Positions 36,956-49,429 of a stretch of DNA of 64,000 nt are shown one piece after another (the first letter of the stretch is position 1; the number at the start of each line of letters is the position of its first letter). The notes beneath the pieces are model-generated. The model was not told the DNA's origin. It was given only the letters and a program-made list of their open reading frames with translations, and did not search any database. The position numbers were made by a program, and so were the translations under genes. Source of the stretch: Malacoraja senta (Eukaryota). The DNA is taken from assembly GCA_038087875.1 (NCBI GenBank), contig CM075988.1, positions 7,442,001-7,506,000 of the forward strand. Direction: 5' to 3'.

Positions 36956-38313
36956 CTAGACTAAGTGGGACCCATTGGGTCACAGCATCACATGGGACGG
37001 CTGGTCCCCCAACGAAATATTCCACCAATTCCAATATTGGGGGGGGGGGGCTTTCTGGAGCGCTAGTATGGGTGTTGTGGGCTGAAGGGACTGGTTTCCA
37101 GAGGGCTTGTATGGACATTGTGGGCCGAATGGATTCTTGGGCTGGCGGCTCAGTCACTCAAGCCTGTTGTGCTGGCAGCTCACTCACTCACGGCTGGTGG
37201 GCTGGCAGTTGACTCATGGCTATTCCTTGAAATTCCATTTCAAGCAGGGTGCAAGGCCACCAAATTCAAGTGCAGTTTCTTACCACTTCAAGCAGGGTGC
37301 AAGGCCACTAAAGACAGTGTGTCATGACCTCTCCCTCCTCCATCTTGCAGAGACTGAGCCACGCCCACACTTCTGAGTTTTATAGTTTCTACCCCCTCCC
37401 ACCAGAAGGGGGCGTGGCCTTCATGGCGTGATTGACAGGAGAGAGAATGTCAACATTTTTTAAACACTAATAAGTCTTTTATTTTTCATCGATGGGAAAA
37501 ATCCTCAGCACCTGATGAGCAGAGGGAGACTCTGAGTAAGATGGCCAAATATCACAGCCATACGTTGTAATGTTTTTTCTAAAATCAATATAGAGCACAA
37601 ACAGGAAGTGGTCAAGATTAGACTTTTAAGTATATAGAAGGCAAGGCAATTTTAATTAGGCAAGGTAACTTTAATTAGGCAACACAGCTTTAGCATTTCC
37701 AAACCAAAGGCAACACAGCTTTAGCATTTCCAAACCAAAGGCAACACAGCTTTAGCATTTCCAAACCAAAGGCAACACAGCTTTAGCATTTCCAAACCAA
37801 AGGCAACACAGCTTTAGCATTTCCAAACCAAAGGCAACACAGCTTTAGCATTTCCAAACCAAAGGCAACACAATTTTGGCATTTCCAAACCAAAGGCGAC
37901 ACAGCTTTAGCATTTCCAAACTATATTTTCAAACCACATTAAGGGCACTGACAGGTCAGTAAAACCACTCACAGTTTAGTAGACATGTGTTCAGTGTTAT
38001 TCACAGCTCAGACTGAGAGATGTGACCCTCTCGCTCCCCCATCTTGCAGAGACTGACCGAGGCATTCAACACCTCCGGGTTTTACAGTCCCTCCGGAAGG
38101 GGCGTGGCCTTCAGGAGAGAGAATTTCAACATTTTTTAAACACAAATAATTATTTTATTTTTCATCAATGGGAAAAACCCTCTTGTCCTGCGCAGCGGAG
38201 GGGGACTCTGAGTAAGATGGCCAAAAATCACAGCCGTAAGTGGCAGCGTTTTTTCTAAAATCAATATACAGAACAACAGGAAGTGGTCAAGATCAGACTT
38301 TTAGTAATATAGA
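36956..38313 (-). mobile_element. Non-autonomous Helitron (1358 bp)
   Basis: Minus strand reads A|TC...CTAG|T, no TSD, gaccc-att-gggtc hairpin (36969-36981) about 10 nt from CTAG; duplicated 5' segment; internal minisatellite. Confidence 0.8.
37678..37921 (+). repeat. Minisatellite, about 8 x 31 bp (ggcaacacagctttagcatttccaaaccaaa)
   Basis: Units start at 37678, 37709, 37740, 37771, 37802, 37833, 37864, 37895; last unit partial. Confidence 0.95.
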
Positions 38314-38379
38314 TATTCCAAACTGCCTGGCAGTCAATAAATTATTTTTGACATGTCGTCCCTGTTGTCATATTGTATA

Positions 38380-38665
38380 AAGCAGCAGCCAATGTAACCA
38401 CAAATGTGCTGATTGCTAAATAATCCACTTTAGTGCTGTTGGATGAGGGAAAGATGTTGGCAGGACACTTGGTCTCTTCCTTGAATTGTACCCTGGGATT
38501 TTTTGTGTCTATTTGAGGGCAATCAATGTCTCATCTGAAATACAACACCTAAAATCGTGCATTTAACTCTCATGCTACATTAAAATGCCAGACGAGAGCT
38601 TTGGGCTTTGGTTTCAAGTGAAGCTTGAAATCTTGACCTGCTGACTTAAAGGTAAAAGCACTTCC
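38380..38665 (-). mobile_element. Ancient DeuSINE relic
   Basis: gttggatgagggaaagatgttggcaggacac...gggattttt...aatgtctcatctgaaa, similar to 16730-17055. Confidence 0.55.
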
Positions 38666-38847
38666 TCAGGGTTTTGTGCTGAACTTTAAAAAGTGCTATG
38701 TGATTGCAAACAAAAATCCATCTGTGAGATGTTAGTGATTTCTTTTCTGCAGGTATGTGTGAGAGTGGATGGGCGGAGTATTGACATTTTCTTCTAATCT
38801 TGCTAGGTCAAATACGTCCCCTGTAGCTTTGAGAATACTTTCTGACC

Positions 38848-39316
38848 CTTGCTATTGAGGGAGTGCAGCGTAGGTTCACCAGGTTAGTTCCCGGGATGGC
38901 AGGACTGACATATGATGAAAGAATGGGTCGACTGTGCTTGTATTCACTGGAAAGTAGAAGGATAAGAGGGGAACTTATAGAAACATATAACATTCTTAAA
39001 GGATTGGACAGGCCTGATGCAGGAAAAATGTTCCCCAGGGTTCACAAATTAAGAATAAGGGGTAGGCCATTTAGGCCTGAGATGAGGAAAAACGTTTTCA
39101 TCCAGAGAGTTATGAATCTGTGGAATTCTCTGCCACAGAAGGCAGTAGAGGCCAATTCACTGGATGTTTTCAAGAGAGAGTTAGATTTGGCTCTTCAGGC
39201 TAACAGAATCAAGGGATATGGGGAAAAAGCAGGATTTTGGATGATCAGCCATGATCATATTGAATGGTGATGCTGGCTCGAAGGGCCGAATGGCCTACTC
39301 CACCTATTTTCTATGT
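38848..39316 (+). mobile_element. CR1-type LINE 3' fragment
   Basis: VQRRFTRLVPGMAGL...NLWNSLPQKAVEA...GYGEKAG and CR1 3'UTR. Confidence 0.9.
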
Positions 39317-39479
39317 TTTTAATACCATATATTAGTGGTATAGAGGTATTAGGGCTCTTTTGAAACCTTGATGCTTAATACAATAAACCTCTGTAATATC
39401 CATTGAAACACGTTATAGGTTTGGAGACGGGTGACTGGAAAATAATATGGCACCATACAGGCAGGGAGCCCAGACTTCA

Positions 39480-39870
39480 ACAGTCAAGAGTGTTTAATTG
39501 TCATATATACTGAAAATGGAATATGAGATTCTTACTTGCAGCAGTGTAAAAGGGTTGTAAACACAGGACTCAAAGATAAGAAAATAAACAAAAAAAAATC
39601 AATAACTTAAAAACCTTCATATTATTGCAAAATGTGCAAAGTCTCTAGTGCAAGGCAGTTCATAATTCATAGTTTAGTTGGTGTTTGTAGTGTTTAAGAG
39701 CCTGATGGTTGTTAGTAAGAAGCTGTCCTTGAATGCGGAGGTCACGGTTTCCGATTCCTATACTTCCCGATGGCAGGAGTGAGCGTGGCCAGATTGGTGT
39801 GGGTCCAGGTCCCTGATGATGCTGGTTGCCTTTCTGAGGTGGCGCCTCCTATAAATCTCTTCAATGGCGG
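39480..39870 (-). mobile_element. Rex1/Babar-like LINE 3' fragment
   Basis: Similar to 18170-18520 and 27632-27800 (agcctgatggttgtt...gaagctgt.cttgaa). Confidence 0.6.
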
Positions 39871-40310
39871 TGATTTGATCCTGTGTGTGGAGCTAGAGAA
39901 TCCATGTTGAATTAGTCACTAGGATTCGAGTGTAGGTGGTTGCTTGCCTAATAGAATAGCTCATACATTTGTTTCAGGAAGAATGGCGCAGTGCTGGAAA
40001 GACTTAGTACCTCTAGAACATTATCCAGAGTGAGCACAAATGGAGCAGAGGGTCGGAAAGAACTTGGGAGGTAAAGAGCTGTCTAATGTTTGTGGTGATC
40101 ACGTCAAAGCTTTTGAAACATGACCGATTTTATATGGTTGTTCTGCTATCAGTTACTAGTGCAGGATTTTGGGGTTATTATTTGCTCGAACCTCAACACT
40201 GATGCCACCAAAGGCTTAATTTGAGCAGAGCCGGAATTGTTCGAAACTGCTTGGGTGGTGCAGCTGGTAGAGCTGCTGCTTCACAGTGGCAGAGACCTAG
40301 GTTCGATCCT

Positions 40311-41266
40311 GACAATAGGTGCAGGAGTAGGCCATTCGGCCCTTCGAACCAGCACCGCCATTCAATGTGATCATGCTGATCATCCCCAATCAGTACCCCG
40401 TTCCTGCATTCTCCCCATATCCCCTGACTCCGCTATCTTTAAGAGCCCTATCTAGCTCTCTCTTGAAAGTATCCAGAGAACTGGCCTCCACTGCCCTCTG
40501 AGGCAGAGAATTCCACAGACTCACAACTCTCTTTGAGAAAAAGTGTTTCCTCGTCTCCTTTCGAAATGGCTTACCCTTTGTTCTTAAACTGTGGCGCCTG
40601 GTTCTGGACTCCCCCAACATCGGGAACATGTTTCCTGCCTCTAGCGTGTCCAAACCCTTAACAATCTTATATGTTTCAATAAGATATCCTCTCATCCTTC
40701 TAAACTCCAGAGTGTACAAGCCCAACCACTCCATTCTCTCAGCATATGATAGTCCCGCCATCCAGGGAATTAACCTTGTAAACCTACGTTGCACTCCCTC
40801 AATAGCAAGAATGTCCTTCCTCAAATTAGGGGACCAAAACTGCACACAATACTCCAGCTGTGATCTCACTAGGGCCCTGTACAGCTGCAGAAGGACCTCT
40901 TTGCTCCTATACTCAACTCCTCTTGTTATAACGGCCAACATGCCATTCGCTTTCTTCACTGCCTGCTGTACCTGCATGCTTACTTTCAGTGACTGATGTA
41001 CAAGGACACCCACGTCTCGTTGTACTTCCCCTTTTCCTAACTTGACACCATTCAGATAATAATCTTCCTTCCTGTTTTTGATACCAAAGTGGATAACCTC
41101 ACATTTATCCACATTAAACTTAATCTGCCATGCATCTGCCCACTCCCCCAACCTGTCCAAGTCACCCTGCATTCTCATAGTATCCTCCTCACAGTTCACA
41201 CTGCCACCCAGCTTTGTGTCTTCAAATTTGCTAATGTTACTTGAATCCCTTCATCCAAATCATTGA
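40311..41266 (-). mobile_element. CR1-type LINE 3' fragment (269-aa open remnant)
   Basis: QGDLDRLGEWA...YCVQFWSP...GYGENAGTGY*, highly similar to the 43173 element. Confidence 0.92.
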
Positions 41267-43171
41267 CAGAAGTATCAAATGCTTGAGGTTAAACACCATT
41301 TAAAATTTGGAAAAGAACAAGAACCTCCTGAGCATGTCATTGGTAGCAGAAATTAGCTTCCAATTGACCTCGGGATGTCTCAATTAAACTGTAATTGATC
41401 AGGGTGTTAGTTCTAGGTCTTGTAGAAAACAGTAAGGTTTCACGTAACCGCATCTTTAGCAGCGGGATAATGGAATGCGCACTTAATGATATAAAGTACC
41501 TATCTTTATGTTCCTTCCAAGGCCAAGGAGATCTAGTATTACATTTACAAAGAACCCTTCTATTTCTGGGTCTTGAAGGAAATTGGTCCTGTACACCACT
41601 CCTCATGTTTCCATGCACTGTGCGAGAAGAGAAATTTCCTATTAGGATGTTTTAAAATTGATTATCCAAATCAATTCTCAATGTTATTTAATATACAGAT
41701 GTTCCCCGATTTATGATGCTTCGACTTACGATATTTCGACTTTGCGATAAAGAATAACAATCATAATTGAGCAGACAGGGAGATTGCTAATGAAAAGTGG
41801 ACAAGATTCTCGCTGTTCAGTAGATTTGGTAATTGAAAAACAACCTCTGTTTTATTTCAGGAGTCGTTCAGAAATCATCATCAGCATCTTTAAATGCTTT
41901 GCTTTCAAATGCTTTTAGTAAAAATGCCAAGATGAAAAACATTTTTCTGAAACAAGGAAAAATAAAATTAGTTCTTTTAAACGTTCTACTCTCCAATCCC
42001 ATGAGCCTAAACAGTTTAATGCTGATTGATATTGTTTATTTAATAATTGTATTTTGTGATCTCGAAGGGATATTGTTCCATTTTTTGCAGTGTAATAATA
42101 TGGTCCTACAGCATGGAAACAGGCCCTTTAACCCAACTTGCCCACACCGATCAACATGTCCCATCTTCATTAGTCCCACCTGCCTGCATTTATTGCAAAA
42201 AAAGACAGAGTGCTGGAGTAATTGAGTGGGCCCAACAGCATTTCTGGAGAACACTGATCGGTGGAGCAACTGCAAAGATTGCTGGCTTGTTTTCCACTCC
42301 GTATTGCTCTTTCCTCAACTGGACTGATAATTCATCAAACTCTCCTCCAGTGCATTCGCTGCTGCATTTATGAAGCGTTTCTGGGAGGAGAAAAGACACA
42401 TTAGCTGTGAGCCATTTTCTGAAGGAGATGGATGTTATTGGTGTTAAAGATTAGATGTGGAGGTCACCTAATGTTTCGTCGTCTCTGATTTGTGTTTTCA
42501 TGAATGAATTGCAAGAAACCTAAATATTGATCTCGTAAATAATAAAGCACAGCAATTTACCATCATGAATAATGTTTTTTTTTAATTAAAAATGAGAACT
42601 TGAAGATTAAGTGTCTTGGAGCTGGTGGGTCATGTCTAAAGTGTCCTTAGTGGCTCCAAGATGTATAATAGCTGTTTTCAGCCATAATGTAATCTATTGA
42701 ATTTGTTGATTATAGATCAACTGAAGTCATATGGGTAAAGATTAGATTCAAAAGAGATGTTGTCGCTGTGCTGGGTGTGTTTTACTGCACAAACAAAGTC
42801 ACCAGGTGATAAGGGGGATTGATAAGTAGGCAGATGTTCGACAGATGTGGTAAAGATAGGATTATTTTAGGGGATTTCAATTCCCAAATATTAATTGGGA
42901 TTGTCTCCGTGTAGATGGTTTCAGGGGGGGCGGGGGTATTTGGGAGTTCTGAGTTTTGTCCAGACAAGCTTTTTAACACTATATTCAGTGCCCTCCATAA
43001 TGTTTGGGACAAAAACCCTTTATTTAATTATTTGCCTCTGTACTCCACAATTTGAGATTTGTAATAGAAAAAAAATCACATGTGTTTAAAGTGCACATTG
43101 TCAGATATTAATAAAGGCCATTTTTATACATTTTGGTTTCACCATGTAGAAATTACAGCAGTGTTTATACA

Positions 43172-45893
43172 TATGATATAGTTGGGATCACGGAGACATG
43201 GCTCCAGGGTGACCAAGGCTGGGAGCTGAACATCCAGGGATATTCAATATTCAGGAGGGATAGAGAGAAAGGAAAAGGAGGTGGGGTAGCGTTGCTGGTT
43301 AGAGAGGAGATTAACGTAGTGGAAAGGAAGGACATTAGCTTGGAGGATGTGGAATCGGTATGGGTAGAGCTGCGAAACACTAAGGGGCAGAAAACGCTGG
43401 TGGGTGTTGTGTACAGGCCACCTAACAGTAGTAGTGAAGTTGGGGATGGCATCAAACAGGAAATTAGAAACGCGTGCAACAAAGGCAAAACAGTTATAAT
43501 GGGTGACTTCAATCTACATATAGATTGGGTGAATCAAATTGGCAGGGGTGCTGAGGAAGAGGATTTCTTGGAATGTATGCGGGATAGTTATCTAAACCAA
43601 CATGTTAGAGGAACCAACGAGAGAGCAGGCTATTCTAGACTGGGTATTGAGTAATGAGGAAGGGTTAGTTAGCAGTCTTGTTGTGCGTGCCCCCTTGGGC
43701 AAGAGTGACCATAATATGGTTGAGTTCTTCATTAGGATGGAGAGTGACATTGTTAATTCAGAAACAATGGTTCTGAACTTAAAGAAAGGTAACTTTGAGG
43801 GTATGAGACGTGAATTGGCCAAGATTGACTGGCAATTAGTTCTAAAAGGGTTGACGGTGGATATGCAATGGAAGGCATTTAAAGACTGCATGGTTGAACA
43901 ACAAAAATTGTTCATCCCAGTTTGGCAAAAGAATAAATCAGGGAAGGTAGTGCATCCATGGATAACAAGGGAAATCAGGGATAGTATCAAAGCAAAAGAT
44001 GATGCGTACAAATTAGCCAGAAAAAGCAGCATACCAGAGGACTGGGAGAAATTCAGAGACCAGCAGAGGAGGACAAAGGGCTTAATTAGGAAAGGGAAAA
44101 TAGATTATGAAAGAAAACTGGCAGGGAACATAAAAACTGACTGCAAAAGTTTTTATAGATATGTGAAGAGAAAGAGATTAGTTAAAACAAATGTAGGTCC
44201 CTTGCAGTCAGAAACAGGTGAATTGATCATGGGGAACAAGGATATGGCGGACCAATTGAATAACTACTTTGGTTCCGTCTTCACTAAGGAAGACATAAAT
44301 AATCTGCCGGAAATAGCAGGGGACCGTGGGTCAAAGGAGATGGAGGAACTGAGTGAAATCCAGGTTAGTCGGGAACTGGTGTTGGGTAAATTGAATGGAT
44401 TAAAGGCCGATAAATCACCAGGGCCAGATAGGCTGCATTCCAGAGTACTTAAGGAAGTAGCTCCAGAAATAGTGGATGCATTAGTGATAATTTTTCAAAA
44501 CTCTTTAGATTCTGGAGTAGTTCCTGAGGATTGGAGGGTAGCAAACGTAACCCCACTTTTTAAGAAGGGAGGGAGAGAGAAAACGGGGAATTACAGACCA
44601 GTTAGTCTAACATCGGTAATGGGGAAACTGCTAGAGTCAGTTATTAAAGATGGGATAGCAGCACATTTGGAAAGTGGTGAAATCATTGGACAAAGTCAGC
44701 ATGGATTTACGAAAGGTAAATCATGTCTGACGAATCTTATAGAATTTTTCGAGGATGTAACTAGTAGAGTGGATAGGGGAGAACCAGTGGATGTGTTGTA
44801 TCTGGACTTTCAGAAGGCTTTCGACAAGGTCCCACATAAGAGATTAGTATACAAACTTAAAGCACATGGTATTGGGGGTTCAGTATTGATGTGGATAGAG
44901 AACTGGCTGGCAAACAGGAAGCAAAGAGTAGGAGTAAACGGGTCCTTTTCACAATGGCAGGCAGTGACCAGTGGGGTACCGCAAGGCTCAGTGCTGGGAC
45001 CCCAGCTATTTACAATTTATATTAATGAACTGGATGAGGGAATTGAAGGCAACATCTCCAAGTTTGCGGATGACACTAAGCTGGGGGGCAGTGTTAGCTG
45101 TGAGGAGGATGCTAGGAGACTGCAAGGTGACTTGGATAGGCTGGGTGAGTGGGCAAATGTTTGGCAGATGCAGTATAATGTGGATAAATGTGAGGTTATC
45201 CACTTTGGTGGCAAAAACAGGAAAGCAGACTATTATCTAAATGGTGGCCGATTAGGAAAAGGGGAGATGCAGCGAGACCTGGGTGTCATGGTACACCAGT
45301 CATTGAAAGTAGGCATGCAGGTGCAGCAGGCAGTGAAGAAAGCAAATGGTATGTTAGCTTTCATAGCAAAAGGATTTGAGTATAGGAGCAGGGAGGTTCT
45401 ACTGCAGTTGTACAGGGTCTTGGTGAGACCACACCTGGAGTATTGCGTACAGTTTTGGTCTCCAAAACTGAGGAAGGACATTATTGCCAGAAAGGGAGTG
45501 CAGAGAAGGTTCACCAGACTGATTCCTGGGATGTCAGGACTTTCATATGAAGAAACACTGGATAGACTCGGCTTATACTCGCTAGAATTTAGGAGATTGA
45601 GAGGGAATCTTATAGAAACTTACAAAATTCTTATGGGGTTGGACAGGCTAGATGCAGGAAGATTGTTCCCGATGTTGGGGAAGTCCAGGACAAGGGGTCA
45701 CAGCTTAAGGATAAGATGGAAATCCTTTAAGACCGAGATGAAAAAAACATTTCTCACACAGAGAGTGGTGAATCTCTGGAACTCTCTGCCACAGAGGGTA
45801 GTTGAGGCCAGTTCATTGGCTATATTTAAGAGGGAGTTAGATGTGGCTAAAGGGATCAGGGGGTATGGAGAGAAGGCAGGTACGGGATACTGA
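43172..45893 (+). pseudogene. CR1 ORF2 (endonuclease plus RT) with one +1 frameshift at about 43605-43606
   Basis: ORFs 43133-43654 and 43602-45893 join as LNQHV/EEPTREQAILD if one T of catgttagag is removed. Confidence 0.9.
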
Positions 45894-45985
45894 GTTGGAT
45901 GATCAGCCATGATCATATTGAATGGCGGTGCAGGCTCGAAGGGCCGAATGGCCTACTCCTGCACCTATTTTCTATGTATCTATGT
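43173..45985 (+). mobile_element. Young CR1/HER1-type LINE, 5'-truncated at the start of the APE endonuclease
   Basis: YDIVGITETW...GVVYRPP...MGDFN, SDH; RT motifs YLDFQKAFD, GVPQGSVLGP, KFADD; tail tttctatg-tatctatg. Confidence 0.95.
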
Positions 45986-46056
45986 AGTCCCCCCCCATTT
46001 CAGGACACCGTAATGTTTGGGACACAGCAATGTCATGTAAATGAAAGAAGTACTTG

Positions 46057-47098
46057 TTAGTATTTTGTTGCATATCCTTTGCATGCAATGACAGCTTGAA
46101 GTCTGCGATTCATAGACATCACCAGTTGCTGGTTGTCTTCTCAGGTGATGCTCTGCCAGGCCTGTATTGTAGCCACCTTTAGCTTATGCTTGGTTTGGGG
46201 GCTAGTCCCCTTCAGTTTTCTCTTCAGCATATAAAAGGCATGCTCAATTGGGTTGAGATTGGGTGATTGACTTGGCCACTCAAGAATTGACCATTTTTTA
46301 GCTTTGAAAAACTCCTTTGTTGCTTTAGCAGTATGTTTGGGATCATTGTCTTGCTGTAGAATGAACCGATGAGTCAATGAGTTTTGAGGTTATTGTTTGA
46401 ACTTGAACAGATAGGATGTGTCTATACACTTCAGAATTCATTATGCTACTACCATCAGCAGTTGTATCATCAATGAAAATAAGTGAGCCAGTACCTTCAG
46501 CAGCCATACATGCCCAGGCCATAACACCCCCACCATCGTGTTTCACAGATGTGGTGGTATGCTTTGGATCATGGGCAGTTCCTTCTCTCCCCCATACTTT
46601 GCTCTTGCCATCACTCTGATATAAGTTAATCTTCGTCTCTTTTGTCCACAAGACCTTTTTCCAGAACGGTGGTTCCTCTTTTAAATACTTCTTGGCAAAC
46701 TGTAACCTGGCCATTCTATTTTTGCGGCTAACCAGTGGTTTGCATCTTGCAGTGTAGCCTCTGTATTTCTGTTCATGAAGTCTTTTACGGACAGTGGTCA
46801 TTGACAAATCCACACCCGACTCATGTAAAGTGTTTCTGATCTGTCGGACAGGTGTTTGGGATTTTTTTCCCTTTATTATAGAGATAATTCTTCTGTCATC
46901 AGCTGTGAAGGTCTTCCTTGGCCTGCCAGTTCCTTTACAATTAGTAAGCTCACCAGTGCTCTCTTTCTTCTTAATGATGTTCCAAACAGTTGATTTTGGT
47001 AATCCTAAGTTTTGGCTGATGTCTCTAACAGTCTTATTCTTGTTTCTCCATCTCATAATGGCTTCTTTGCAATTCATTGGCACAACTTTGGTCTTCAT
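46057..47098 (-). pseudogene. Tc1 DD34E transposase pseudogene
   Basis: ATG at 47098; GRPRK, WTKETK (first catalytic D lost), frameshift near 46370, QQDND...SPNLNPIE (34 residues D to E), premature TGA at 46141-46143, ends KGYATKY*. Confidence 0.93.
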
Positions 47099-47486
47099 GT
47101 TGATAAACAGCAATAAAAGTTTCCAAAGGTGATGGAAAGACTAGGTGCCGAGAGCTCTCTTTTACCTGGCTTTTAAGGAGGCAATTATTACACACCTGAG
47201 CAATTACAAACACCTGTGAAGCCATATGTCCCAAACATTATGGTGCCCTGAAATGGGGGGGACTATATATAAACACTGTTGTAATTTTTACATGGTGAAA
47301 CCAAAATGTATAAAAATGGCCTTTATTAAAATCTGACAATGTGTACTTTAACCACATGTGATTTTTTTTCTATTACAAATCTCAGATTGTGGAGTACAAA
47401 CAAATAAATGATGGGTCTTTGTCCCAAACATTATGGAGGGCACTGTATACATTGATTAATGAGAGAAGGAGCATTCCTAGACCTTG

Positions 47487-47757
47487 CAGTGCTAGATACC
47501 TGTGTTCGAACCTGACTGCGATTGCTATCCTAACGGAGTTTGTACATTCTCCTTGTGACTGCATGGGTTTACTCCGAGTGCTCCGGTTTCCCCCCACAAT
47601 TCAAAGATGTACATGTTTGTAGGTTAATTTGGCTTTGGTAAAAAGATTGTAAATTATCCCTGGTGTGTAGGATAGTGCTAGTGTGCGGGTATCGCTGGTT
47701 GGTGCGGACTCAGTGGGCCGAAGGGCCTGCTTCCGTGCTGTAGCTCCAAACTAAAAC
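47487..47757 (+). mobile_element. HE1-like SINE
   Basis: B-box gttcgaacc, core, tail. Confidence 0.8.
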
Positions 47758-48221
47758 TCTGACTCTGAGTAAACTGATGTTTAACTTGCAGAGACATTCT
47801 CAATCGGTAACTCTTGAGTTCTGTGTGCACATGTGTATATCAAATGCCGATATCATTAACTTGCTAACAAGTTGGCATCTTTAGTATCGTTATTGGTGCT
47901 GTCCAGGTTTTTTTGATTTGAATGCATGAAGTTAAGACCCTCGTTGCTCTGTTCCTCTTTCCAAGAGGTTTCCCGATGACTGCAGGAGAGCTGCAGCCTT
48001 TGCTCGATCTATGGTTGCTTCATACTGTTTGTATTTCATTGAGGGGCTAACGTCCTTCTGAAGCCACTCAGCATATCCTTCATGGCTACATTTTTGTCAT
48101 GAAATTTGAAGTGGGGCTGAATATTTTTCTGACTGCATGCCTCCTAATTTGCCTGACAAAGGTGCCAGGATTACTTCGGCATGCTCTTCACCAACATGGA
48201 AAAAAATGGGCTTGGGTTTAT

Positions 48222-48560
48222 CTTATTATTGTCATGCGTACAGTGAAAAGCCTTGTTGTGCGCTATCCAGTCAACGAAAAGACTGTACATGATTACAATC
48301 AAGCCGTGTACAGATACGGGATAAAGTGAATAATGATTAGCGCAAGATAAAATCCGATTATGTCTCCAATGAAGTAGGTGGGAGATTAGGACCGCTCTCT
48401 AGCTGGTGAGAGAATGGTCAGTTGCCTGATAACGGTTGGGAAGAAACTGTCCCTGAATCTGGAGTTATATAGTTTAAAATGTCTGCACTACTTGCCTGAT
48501 GTGAGAGGGGAGAAGAGGGAATGACCGTGGTGAGACTGGTCCTTGATTATGCTGGTGGCT
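48222..48560 (-). mobile_element. Rex1/Babar-like LINE 3' fragment
   Basis: Minus strand encodes ...SIIKDQSH.GHSLFSPL.SG...SRFRDSFFPTVIRQL. Confidence 0.7.
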
Positions 48561-48806
48561 TCAATTTGCAGGTGATGGCTTCGCTAACAATGAAAGTACA
48601 ATAGGAAGGATTTGAAGCATTGGCACAAGTCTAACCAAAATGGATGACACAAGTAATTTTGTTTTGGAAATTTCCAATGTGCTCAGATTTTCAATGAAGT
48701 GATGCGGCAGGAGTGAGAGGATCACGTTAGAAAGATTTCTGCCTATAGATTTCTCCCATGATATCTTGGAGTTGCATTGGATTGCACCTTCCCTTGAGCA
48801 ACATAT

Positions 48807-49107
48807 GGGCGGCACGGTGGCGCAGCGGTAGAGTTGCTTCCTTACAGCGCTTGCAATGCCGGAGACCCGGGTTCTATCCTGACTACGGGTGCTGTCTGTA
48901 CGGAGTTTGTACGTTCCCCCAGTGACCTTTCCCCGAGACCTTCGGTTTCCTCCCACACTCCAAAGACGTACATGTTTGTAGGTTAATTGGCTTGGTATAT
49001 AAATATAAAATTGTCCCCAGTGTGTGTACGATTGCTGGTCGGCGCTGACTTGGTGGGCCAAAGGGCCTGTTTCTGCGCCATATCTCTAAAAAATAAAAAT
49101 AAAAACT
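48807..49107 (+). mobile_element. HE1-like SINE, full length; tail-to-tail with a minus copy at about 49130-49410
   Basis: ggcggcacggtggcgcagcggtagag head, core, tail. Confidence 0.85.
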
Positions 49108-49429
49108 ACATGGGTGGAGTTTGGAGTTTGGTGACAGCATGAAAACAGCCCCTTTGACCCACCAAGTCTATGCCAACCTCTATCACCCATTCACACTAGC
49201 ACTGTTAATCTCACTTTCTGATCGACTCACTGGACACTAAGGGCATTTTACAGAGACCAATTAACCTACAAACCTGCACGTCTTTGCAATGTGGGAGGAA
49301 ACCAGAGCACCCAGAGGAAACTCATGTGGTCGCAGGGAGAATGTGCAAACTCCACACAGACAACACCCGAGGTCAAGATCGAACCCGTGTCTCTGGCCCT
49401 GTGAGGCAGCTGATCTTTTTAACTTTTTT

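Larger units (their letters stand above)
42986..47445 (-). mobile_element. Tc1-family DNA transposon, IR/DR type, left TIR split by a CR1 insertion
   Basis: Ends cagtgccctccataatgtttgggac / gtcccaaacattatggagggcactg+TA; about 219-bp TIRs with inner direct repeats at 46001-46024 and 47227-47250; left flank is TT rather than TA. Confidence 0.93.

Noticed and set aside
41833..42225. Possible host exon after ctctgtttatttcag (about 41860)
   Set aside because: No recognisable protein similarity or clear donor site; the ORF runs into repeat sequence.
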